Assembly: GCF_963921235.1 (NCBI RefSeq)
Contig: NC_086109.1
Coordinates: 11,470,001-11,534,000, forward strand
DNA from: Mobula hypostoma
Lineage: Eukaryota
DNA length: 64,000 nt
Reading direction: 5' to 3'
This document shows positions 49,101-61,100 of the stretch, one piece after another. The first letter of the stretch is position 1; every line of letters begins with the position of its first letter. Made by a program: the position numbers and the translations under genes. The notes beneath the pieces were generated by a model. It was not told the origin of the DNA. It was given only the letters and a program-made list of their open reading frames with translations, and did not search any database.

Positions 49101-52100
49101 ATGGGCGGACTATTATTGAGATGTGGAAAGAATTCAAAATGCAGAGATGCAAAGGGACTTGGGAGTTCTTGTGCAGGATACCCTAAAGGTTAACCTCCAG
49201 GTTATGTCAGTTGTGAAGAAGGCAACTGCAATGTTGGCATTCATTTCTAGAGGTATAGAATATAAGAGCAGGGACATGATGTTGAGGTTCTATAGGGCAC
49301 TCATGAGGCCACACTTGGAGTATTGTGTGCAGTTTTGGGCTCCTTATTTTAAAAAGGATATACTGACATTAGAGAGGGTTCAGAGAAGATTCACAAGAAT
49401 GATTCCAGGAATGAAAGGGTTACTGTATGAGGAACGTCTGGCAGCTCTAGGGCTGTATTCCCTGGAGTTCAGGAAAATGAGGGGGGATCTCATAGAAACA
49501 TCCCAAATGTTAAACGGTCTGAACAGATTAGATATGGCAAAGTTATTTCCCATGGTAGGAGATTTTAGGACAAGAGGGCATGACTTCAGGATTGAAGGAC
49601 TTTCATTTAGAACAGAGATGCGGAGAAATTACTTGAGTCAGAGGATGGTAAATCTGTGGAATTTGTTGCTACGAGTGACTGTGGAGGCCAAGTGATTGGG
49701 TGTATTTAACGCAGATATAGATAGGTTCTTGATTAGCCAGGGCATCAGAGGGTATGGGGTGAAGGCAGGGGAGTGGGGATGACGGGAAGTATTGGATCAA
49801 GCTGTGATTGAATGACAGAGCAGACTCAATGGGCCGAATGGCCTATTTCTACTCCTATATCTGATGGTCTTATGGTTTCCTTCAGGGAAATCCTGCCTAA
49901 CAAACCTGTTGGAATTCTTTGATGAAATTACAAGTAGGATAGATAAAGGGGATGCAGTGGATGTTGTACATTTGGACTTTCAGAAGGCCTTTGACAGGAT
50001 GCCACACATGAGGCTACTTACCAAGTTAAGAAGCTATGGTATTACCGGAAAGTTACAAACATGGTGAGAATATTGGCAGATCGGTAGGAGGCAGCAAGTG
50101 GGAATAAAAGGATCCTTTTCTGGTTGGCTGTCAAAGACTAGTGGTGTTCTGCTGGGGTCGGTGTTGGGACCGCATCTTTTTATGCTGTATATAAATTATT
50201 TAGATGATGGAATAGCTGGCTTTGTTGCCAAGTTTGCAGATGATATGAAGATTTGTGGAGGGGCAGGTAGTGTTGAGGAAGACAGGTAGGATGCAGAAGG
50301 ACTTAGACAGATTAGGAGAATGGGCAAGGAAGTGGCAAATGAAATACAATGTTGGAAAATGCATGGTCATGCACTTTGGTAGTTGAGATAAATGTAAGGA
50401 CTATTTTCTAAATGGAGAGAATGTCCAAAAATCTGACAAGCTAAGGGACTTGGGAGTCCTTGTGCAGAACACTCTAAAGGTTAACTTGCAGGTCTAATTG
50501 GTGGTGAGGTAGGCAAATGCCATGTTAACATTCATTTCAAGAAGTCTCGAATACAAGAGCAAGGATGTGATGCTGAAGCTTTATAAGGCACTGGTGAGGC
50601 GTCACCTTCAGTATTATGAACAGTCTGGGCCTCTCATCCCAAAAAGGATGTGCTGTCATTAGAGAGGGTCCTGAGGAGGTTCGCAAGGATGATTCCATGA
50701 ATGAAAGGGTTATCATACAAGGAACGTTTGATTGCTCTGGGTCTGTACTCGCTGGAATTCAGAGGGGGGGAATCTCATTGAACCCTTTTGAATATTGAAA
50801 GGCCTAGACAGAGTAAACGTAGAAAGGATGTTTCCCATGGTGAGAGACTCTAGGACATGAGGGCACAGCCTCAGGATAGAGAGGCGCCCTTTCAAAACAG
50901 AGATGTGGAGAAATTTCTTTAGCCAGAGGGAGGTGAATTTGTGGGATTTGTTGTCACATGTAGCTGTGGAGGGCAGATCGTTGAGTGTATTTAAGGCAGA
51001 GATTGATAGGTTGTTGATTGGACATGGCATCAAAGGTTATGGGGAGAAGGCCGGGAACTGGGGTTGAGGAGGAGAAAAAAAAAATGATCAGCCATGATTG
51101 AGTGGCTGAGCAGGCTCGATGGGCCAGGTGGCCTAATTCTGCTCCTATGTCTTATGGTCTTGTCTATAATATGTGAAGTGGTTGTTGCAAGAGAATGTTA
51201 ACTTAAATTCTATATTATGTTCTAATGCAGGGGTCCCCAACTTTTTTTGCACTGTGGACCAGTTTAATATTGACAATATTCTTACGGACCAGCCGACCGG
51301 GGGCGGTGGATGTTGCCAATGGACAAAAGGAGCAGTCAAGTACGTTGTGTTTACCCCAAGAAAGACTACAATGACCATGAAGCCTTGCGCGGGCATCAGT
51401 GCGCATGCATGTATGTGCCGATTTTTTTCCTCCACAAATCGTTTTTGGCGAATCTGTTTGGGGGGGCGGTGTGAGTCATGACTGGAATATTGGTGATAAG
51501 TGGCTAATACACTCAATTTCGTTTCTAAAAGTGTTTCTCTAACGAATTTAATATTAAACAGCACATATTTTCCTCGCATGAATATAGTGATAAGTCAATT
51601 ATCAGGGGAGGACGGGGGACCTTGCAGTAAGTGTTGAACGAACTTCCAGTAGAAGTGGTAGAGGCAGGTTTGATATTATCATTTAAAGAAAATTTGGATA
51701 GGTATATGGACAGGAAAGGAATAGAGAGTTATGGGCTGAGTGCAGGTCGGTGGGACTAGGTGAGAGTAAGCATTCGGCACGGATTAGAAGGGCAGAGATG
51801 GCCTGTTTCTGTGCTGTAATTGTTATATGGTTATATAAGTCACTTATAAATCAATAGCATCATAACATTTTAAGTAACATTTGGATATTAAAAACACAGT
51901 GCATATTTTCCCCGTATGAACATACAAAATCATTGCATCGCACCAATATCGCTTAATCAGTGGGCTGAATACTTGTTCCCTGCAACAAGACGGTCCTATC
52001 GAGGGGTGATGGGAGACAGTGATACTCGAAGGGGGTTCCTTATGTCCAGTCTATTCCGCAGTTTAGTTTTCGTTGCATTCATTGCAGAGATATGTTGGAA

Positions 52101-55100
52101 ATGGATGCAACGTTTTCAGTGCTTTCGTGGCTATCTCAGGGTATTTAGCCTTGACTTTGATCCGGAATGCCGGCAGAGATGTTACGTCAAACATACTTTT
52201 CAGCCCGCCGTCATTTGCAAGCTCGAGGAGTTGATCATCTTCCCGCGCTGACATGGATGACACGCGGGTAATGACCTCGCATGCATTCAAGCTCAACAGT
52301 GGGCGTGGCAGGGAATGAGGAATGGTGCAGCTGACTCATATCATTTCATATCGCCAAATCATATCGTTTCCTCGCAGCCCGGCAGCACATGCTTTGCGGC
52401 CCAGTGGTTGGGGACTGCTGTTCTAATGTGTGTCCTTTGAATGACACCTTCAGCCATATTTTGGCCATTTAACCATGTGTTTCTCCTCTGTTATTTCACT
52501 CAACTTATTGGTTTGCAGTTACAGACACTTAGGAGAGATTTTGAATGAATTAACCTGGACTGATCTTGAGCTTCTACTTTTAATTGTGAATCACACGGCA
52601 TGGAAGTGAAAAGATTGGAAAAAAAATCTACCTTTGGAAAGCTGTCATGCAATGTATCGAAACAGTGCAAAGAAACAGAGCTCTAAGGAGTATCCAACAG
52701 GTCAGAGTCCAAAATTTTTGAATGATCAACTCATAGTTCCTAACAGATCAAGAAGATATCATTAGTTACACACAAAGTAGTTAATAAATGACACCAAGAA
52801 ATACATTTTATCTAGGTGTATATTATCAGTGACACTGAGAAATGCATATTATTAAATGTAATTTGTGGAAATGCATTTTATTAGCAAGTGACACTGAGAA
52901 ATGCATTTTATTGAAACAGTTGAAAGAGTCAGACCTCTGAAGAGTATCCATTGGATCACAGTCGATACCTGGTGAATTTTCAGCTCATGGTCACTGATGG
53001 ACAAAGGAAATTTAATTAACAACGCACAGAGAATTCTGTAACAGACACTGGGAAATGCCATTACACATGAAATCATCATTCAGTGTGATGTAGTGTTGTG
53101 GCACGGAGTATCGAGCAGTCTGATGGTTGAATGCTGATTCTCCAACTTATGTCCACATCTTGGAACCGTCGCACTGCCAGTGGAAGTGTGTGAAATTAAT
53201 GTTATATGCTCCAAACCACTGTGTAAAGAAAGAAAGAAAGAAATCTGCAAGTGAAGTCCATGCTATTGGATTCAAGTAACAGATGTTCATCAGTATTTCA
53301 GTTTGCATTTTCATTCTTTCATCTGCAGTTCCTATATAATCCATGTGGTCTAGAGGGACAAGGGCAGTAGATGCATGACAACAGAGCTACTCCCGAATCC
53401 CTTGAAGGACACACAGTGTTGTTCAGTCATTATCACCAGATCAGAATGGTGGGAATGCCCAACATTTCATTATTGTGGGAGATTGCTCGCTGCGTGAGCT
53501 ACAGCCATTCAAGTTTTCCAGGCCTGAGAGGGTGATCACCAGTTGGAGCCAGACACATTCACCAGTGAGTCTTCCAAACTCCTCATTCAAAATGGGAAGT
53601 TAGGAGCTGTGTGCCAAATGCTGGCCTTGTCCTTGATGCTTACATCCAGTAAATAAATAAGGTAACATTTGAGACATAATGCTGATAAAATGATTTAGAG
53701 CAAAAAGTTTCAATGTTTGTTACAGTAACAGAAGCCCATTTATGTTACCTCTGTGTGTGGCCTTCATCTTAATGATCTTCAACAATGGATTCAACTCAGG
53801 GTCCTGTATTCTTTACCCTTTTCTATCTTGTTCCCATGTTATACTTGAACACATCACAGTAACTGCAACTTTGCCCTTATTATCTGTCTGTTTTTCCTTA
53901 AATCTCACTACACATTGCATCTACTTGTATAGCAAATGCCCCAACTTCAGCTTTATCATTCCAGTTCCCATTCCCACTGGCAAGCTAGATTAAATCCTTC
54001 CCAGCAGTTGTAGCAAATATGCCTGCAAGGATATTAGTCCCTCCTGAGTTCTGGTGAAACCAATCCTTTCTGTACAGGTCATACCGTTCTTCAGAGGAAT
54101 CCTACTGTTCCAAAAAATCTGTAAACCTGCCTCCTGCTCCACTTCCTCAACCACTCATTTATCTGCCAAATCTTTCTATTCTTACCTTCACAGGCATGTG
54201 GCGCAGGCAGCAATCTAGAGATTACCACCCTGGAGGTCATGCTTTTCACCTGTCTACCTAACCCCCTATATTCTCTCTTCAGGACCTCCTCCCTTTTCCT
54301 CCCTATTGCATTGGTACCAATATGTACCACAACTTCTGGCGGCTCACCCTCTCCATTTAGAATATTGTGGGCCCAATCTGAGACATTCCTGACCCTGGCA
54401 ACAGGAATGCAGAATCCATCTGGGTGTCTTTTTTATGTCTTGAGTTCCCAACTGGCATAGTAACCCCCTATATTCTCTCTTAAGGACCTCCTCCCATTTC
54501 CTCCCTATTGCATTGGTACCACAACTTCCCCATTTAGAATATTGTGGGTCTGATCCAAGATATCCCTGACCCTGGCACTGGGAGGCACAATCCATCTGGG
54601 TGTCTTTTTTTATGTCTGCGGAACCTCCTGTGTGCTCCTCTGACTATGGAATTCCCTGTCACTACTGCACTCCTCTCCTTTACATTTGACCAACAAGGTG
54701 CAACACTTCACAATTGTCCGGGTTAAACTCCATCTGCCATTTGTCCATCATATCTGCAACTGAAAGTACTCATAGACTTTCAGCTTCTTCCTGCTGCAGC
54801 TGATAATCAGCTCTTTGGTTTTCTGAGGTTGAGTGAGAGATTGTTGCCCTGGCACCACTCAACCAGATTTTCAGTCACCCTTCTATAAGCCAATTTGTCA
54901 TCACTTTTGTTCCGGCCAACAACCAGTTGTGAGGTTTGTAAGCTTATAAATGGTAGCAGAGCCATACTTAGCCAAGCTCTCATAAGTATAATGTGAGTAG
55001 AGCAGGGGATAAGCATCCTCAGACAAGGGGAAATCTACAAGAGCCAATCAGCCTTCCACCAACTCGTAGGTCTTTGGGATGTGGGAAGCAACCGGAGCAC

Positions 55101-58100
55101 ATCAGGTGAAGACAAGGAAGACTCTACACAGAAAGCAGCGGAGATCAGGAGTAGATCCACGTTGGTGGAGCTGTGAGTCCACAACCGTCCGAGCTGCCCC
55201 ATTGTGCTGCTCCCAACACCTGACGTCCTGTGGCGTAACTGTGATGGTGAGCTAAGACAGCAATCTTAGTCTGCACGGGATATTTGAGTTGAAGGGCAGG
55301 TTTCCATGCCATATTAATCTCTGATACTATGATATCCCCAACTGACATATTATTTTCCTCTAACCTTTATATTGATCAAATTAAATGAAATGTATGATGT
55401 CAATTAAAGACACTTGTATTACAGCAGAATTATCAAACTGTGATCTTAATCAGTCAATAGTTATTAATTTGAAGATGACAGTTGAAATCTCACCTTTTGT
55501 TGTCTTTAGAATCTTCTGGTGTTTCTGATGTGAGATGTTAAAATAAACACGTTAAACCAATTGATAATCAATTACAGCACAAAATAACTTTAATCTTTGT
55601 CAACCTATAGGTTGGCATTGTGGTGGAGCAGCAGAACATTCAGATCTATTTACTGCATGTGCCGTGCATCGAAACAGACAGTGAAATGCATCGTTTTCAT
55701 TAACAAGCAGCACCCTGCAGGATGTGCTGAGAGCCAGCCCACAAGTGTTGCCACACATTCTGGCTCCAATACATGACACCCATAATGTTCAGCAGAACAA
55801 CACAGGACACAACATGCAAACAAGCAGCACATAAAGCAAGTCAGAAACGCACAACATCAACAGTAATATTATTTTGTGCTGAAGCAGGTGTGAAACCCTG
55901 AATCGCTTATTATTTCTGCTTCTTAGCTCCTTAAGTCAACTTATCTAGATCAGGAAGCAGAGAGTGATACAACACGGAGACAGATCCTTCAGCATGCAGT
56001 CAGGTCCTATTTAATTCTCCCTCTCTTTTCCATCAATTCCTTCCAAATTCTTACAAGGTGAATTTTACAATGGCCAGTTAAACTTCCACCTACCCCTATG
56101 GCTTTGGGATGCAGGAGGAAACTGGACCAATTGAAAGAAATAAGGCGAAGGCAAGGAAAGCTCCACACAGAAAGCACCAGAGATCAGGATTAAATCCAGG
56201 CTGATGGAGCTGTGAGTTCACAGCTGACGAGTTGCACCATTGTGCTGCTCCCAACTCATGAAGTTCATTGAACATAGAACATCAAACAGTACAGCACAGT
56301 ACAGGCTTCAGCCACGAAGCAGCCAACATAATCTCTGACCCTTCCATCCCTGGTCATTCTCGCTTCTCTCCTCTCCCATCAGGCAGAAGATGTAACAGGT
56401 TCTGAGCATGTACTACCAGGCTCAAGGACAGTTTTTATTCTGCTATTATCAGACCCTTGAGCAGACCTCCTGTACACTAAATGATGAACACTTGATCTCT
56501 CAATCTACCTCATCGTGGCCCTTGTAATTTATCTTGACTACATTTTCTTTGTGACTAGTACTATGTTCTGATTTCTTTTACAGCCTTGATGTGCTTATGT
56601 TTGGAATGATCTGCCTGGATGGTGCATAAACTATGTTTTTCACTGTCTGTTGGCACACATGACAATAATCAACCAATATCAATACCGAAAATAAACCAAT
56701 ATCAATCTCAAGAGTCTAGACACATGTGTAATAGTCAGTATGGAATTTCATCAGCAAAGATCAATAAGAAGACAAAAAAGATTCTGCGGATGCTGGAAAT
56801 ATTTAGTAATGCACACAAAATGGTGGGGGATCTCAGCAGATCCCTCTATGGAGGGAAATAAACAGTTCATGTTTCATGCTAATACTCTTCACCAGTCCCA
56901 ATGAAGCAACTTGGCTGGAAAAGTTGACACTTTCTTCCTGTCCACAGCTGCTGCCTGACCTGCTGAGTTCCTTCAGCATTTTGTGTGTGAAGATGAGGAA
57001 GAAGATAGAATTCAACCAAAAAGTGGTGAGCAGTCTGGACACAAAATAGGGAAAACCGAGAAGTATGAGGAGAAGGAAGATGGGTAGAAATAGAATGGAG
57101 GAAGATATAATACAGTGAGACAATAGGAACACAATTACACCATTTGGCCCGTCAAGTCTTCTCCACCATGCTGTCACAATTATTACCCTTCCCAACACCA
57201 TACTCCTGCTTTCTCCCCATTACCTTTGAAACCAAGAACCTCCACTTTAAATATACCCAATGATTTGGTCTCCACAGTCATCCGAGACAAAGTATTGCAA
57301 CTAGCTAAAGAAATTCCTCCTCATCTCTGTTCCAAAGTGGCATCCCTCTACGGAGTAGAAAGTCTGTAAAGACTGAAGATTTGCATGTTCGTAAGCACTA
57401 AATCACAGAAATTTTAGGTTGATTCATACCTTCAGAAATCTCCAGCATTTTAATCTGCACAATCTCAAAGTTAAATATGTTTGTTGCTCCACACCAGTAC
57501 TCTCCTTTATCTCCTTCGTTGGTCTGCTTTATGGTGACAGCAAATTCAGTGGAAGTGTTTATGATGATTGCTGGGTTTCTGCTGCTGTATTCAGAGCTGG
57601 CTATCACACTGCACCTATTTACAGAGGTTACTTTACACAAGAATTTCTCATATGATTTAAATCGCTGCTGATAGTGGCAGTGTAGGCTGGTGGCATTTTG
57701 CATCACACCCTTCACCGTGGTATTGCCTGCTGTCCATGAACCTGCTGGTAAATGAGAAGAGGAAGAAATGAGGGGTCTAACGTAGTGGGAATTGTGCTGA
57801 CAGAACCTTCAGTGCTACAGTTAGCTGAGGCTGTGTGGGAGGACTACTGACCATGAATGGGAGGGACCCCAGTAGAACAGGCCTTGCCAAGTCTGAGAGA
57901 TAATGCAAGAAGTTAAGAAGGCTAAAAGAAAGCATGAAATTGCTCCAGCAGACAAGCTGAAGGAGAATTGTAAGGGAATCTACAGGTATGCTAAGAGCAA
58001 AAGAATTGCAAGGGACAGAATTGGTCCTCTGGAACACCAGTATGTTAATCCACGTATGGAGCCAAAACAGATGGGGGAGATTTTAACTACATTCTTTGCA

Positions 58101-61100
58101 CCTGTATTTTCTTGGGAGACAGATACAGAGTTTATAGAAGCGAGGGAAAGCAGTATCAACTTCATAGACCCTGTACAGATTACAGAGGAGGAGGTGTTTG
58201 CTACTCTTTGTCAAATCAGGGTGGATATTTCTCTACAGCCTGACTAAGTGTTCCCTCGGACCCTGTGGAAGGGAAGTACAAAAATTGCCAAGGCCCCAGC
58301 AGAGATATTTAAATCATCTTTAGTGACAGGAGAGTTACTGTAGGATTGAGGGATAGCCAATGTTGTTTCACTGTTTAAAAAAGGCTTTAAACAGAAACCA
58401 GGAAATTATAGGCTGGTGTGCCTGATATCAGTTGTGGGAAAGTTATTGGAAGGTATTCTCAGAGACCAGATATATAAGTATTTGTATTGACACGGACTGG
58501 TTAATGATAGTCAGCATGGCTTAGTGTGTGGTAGATCATGTCTAACCAATCGTACAGAATTTTTTGAGGAAGGTAGCAGGAAAGTGGGTGAAGACAAGTC
58601 AGTGGATGCTATCTACATGGACTTTAGTAAGGCATTTGTTAAGTTCCTGCATGGGAAGCTGGTGAAGAAGGTTCATCGCTCGGCATGCTGGGATCGACCT
58701 AGAATGGTAGGGCACTGAGGAGTGTGGTAGACAAAGTGATCTGGGAGTACAAGTTCATGATTCATTGAAAGTGGTGTCGCAGTCAGATAGGACCGTAAAG
58801 AAAGCTATTGACATTTTGGCCTTCAGAAATGAAAGTACTGAGTCCCCAACATGGGATGTAACATTGAAGTAGTATAAGATTTTGATGAGGCCTAATTTGG
58901 AGTATTGTGTACAGATTTGGTCATCTACCTACAGGAAAATTGTAAACAAGGTTGGAGAGAGTGCAGAGAAAATTCACAAGGATGTTGCTGAGTCTGGAGG
59001 ACCTGAGTTATAAGGGAAGATTGAATAGGTTCACATTGTATATTTTAAGAATGTAGACGATTGAGAAGAGATTTGATAAGGGTACACAAAATTGCGAGGG
59101 GTATGTATGGATGGGGTAAGTGCAAACAAGCTTCTTCCACTGAGGTCGGGTGAGACTATAACCATGGTTAAGTGTGAAAGGTGAGAACATTAAGGGGATC
59201 ATGAGGGGAATCTTCTTCACTCAGAGGGTCATGAGAGTGTGGAATGAACTGCCAGCACAAGTAGTTCATGTGATTTCAATACTTAAGAGAAGTTTGAATA
59301 GGCACATGGATAGTAGGGATATGGAGGGATATGGAGGGCTATGGTCCCGGTGCAGATTGATGGAAGTAGGCAGGTTAAATGGTTTTGTCATCATCTAGAT
59401 GGAGCAAAGGACCTGTTTCTGTGCTGTACTTCTCTATGACTCTATGATGTACAGTCTTGGGCACATGTAAAAAAATTCTGTAAAGCAAAGATATTAAACA
59501 AAATTAATGAAATGAAAATATAAATATCAAAAATATTATAAAAAGCTAAATCAAATCAATATTTGGTGTGACCACACATTGTGTTTAAAGCTGCATCAGT
59601 TCTTTTAGAGGCATGGTCGTGCAACTTTAGAAGGAAATTGATTGGTGGGTTCTTCCAAGGACCTTGAGGAACTTGTCACAGTTCTTCTGAAAGACTTCGG
59701 CTGTCTCAGTTGCTTTAGTCTCTCCTGGTTATCCCAGATGGCCTCGATCATGTTGATATCAGGGCTCCTTGGAGGCCATACCATCAGTTGCAGAACTCCT
59801 TGTTCTTAATTTGTTGCTGAAGATAGTTCTTTATGACCTTAGCCATGTGGTTGGGTTCATTGGCATGCTGCAGAATGAAGCTGGGACTGATCAGGCACCT
59901 CTCTGATGGATGAGAATTTGCTTGTACTTCTCAACATTGAAGATTCCAGTAATTCTGATCAGACCATCAAATCGATTTGCAGAAATGTAGCTGCAATCCT
60001 GCAGGGAACCCCTGCCATGCCTCACTGTTGGCTGCAGACATTCATCCATGTAGCATTCTCTAGCTCTTCTACAGACAAACTGTCTCCTGTCTGAGTCAAA
60101 AGTTTCAAATTTTGATCATCAGTCCAGAGCACTTGCTGCCATTGTTCAGCACCCCAGTCTATGAGTTTCTATGTCCATGGGCAAGTCTCTTGGCTTTGTT
60201 TCCAAAGTGGAGGAGTAGCTTTTTGGCAGCATTGGTTAGATCCCCAGTCAGTTCGCAGATTGATCAGCATCTGTAACTGCTCTGATTTGGCATCCTGGGT
60301 TAGATTGAACCACAGAAAGAGCGAGATCTTGCTCTTCGGAAACTGGTACAACCTATCCAATGACCCCTTCGCTGTCAGGCTGGACTACCTGAGCTGCTGA
60401 GTTCCTTCAGCATATTGTGTTCATTGCAACCAATTTACTAATTTCTGTATCAGCAAACCTTCCTCTTCTCTCTCATTCCTGATGCAGGGTCTGAATCTGA
60501 CTTGCACCTTTCACATCTACAGTTGCTAAGTGGCCTCCTCAGTTCTTCCCGTGTTTCATGTCTTGTTTCAGTGTCTAGAATCTGTTGTCTCTTCTGTCTT
60601 CTCTGATAATACTTTGGGAAGTGAAGGTTACATCATGATCAATGCATTCATTATGGGACGACAGTCCAGCTGGTACCCTGACTTAAGCCTAAACCTTACC
60701 TGCGGTAACCTGTAGCATTACAATGTCTGAGGTATGAATATCCCGCTGATAGTCTAAATATCCACACCAGTATATCCCTGAATCGCTCTTCACAAGTTTT
60801 CTTATAGTTACAGAAACAGATCCATTGTGTCTCTGGATTGATGTTCGCTTGTATTTATGGGTGACAGTGCTCACTATTATATCGCACTGTTCTGGGGAGT
60901 ATGCTTTACACCAGGCTATCCTTCCCGATTCCTGTGCACGTGGACATTCCATTATGACTGTTTCTCCCACTCCTGCTCGTCTCACCATCATAGAAACTTG
61001 CGCCAATGAATCTGTCAGTAAAATGTAAAGTCAAAATATTAATTTTTATTTATTGATTTTGATTTATTTACAGATATAGCACAGTAACAGGCCCTACTGG

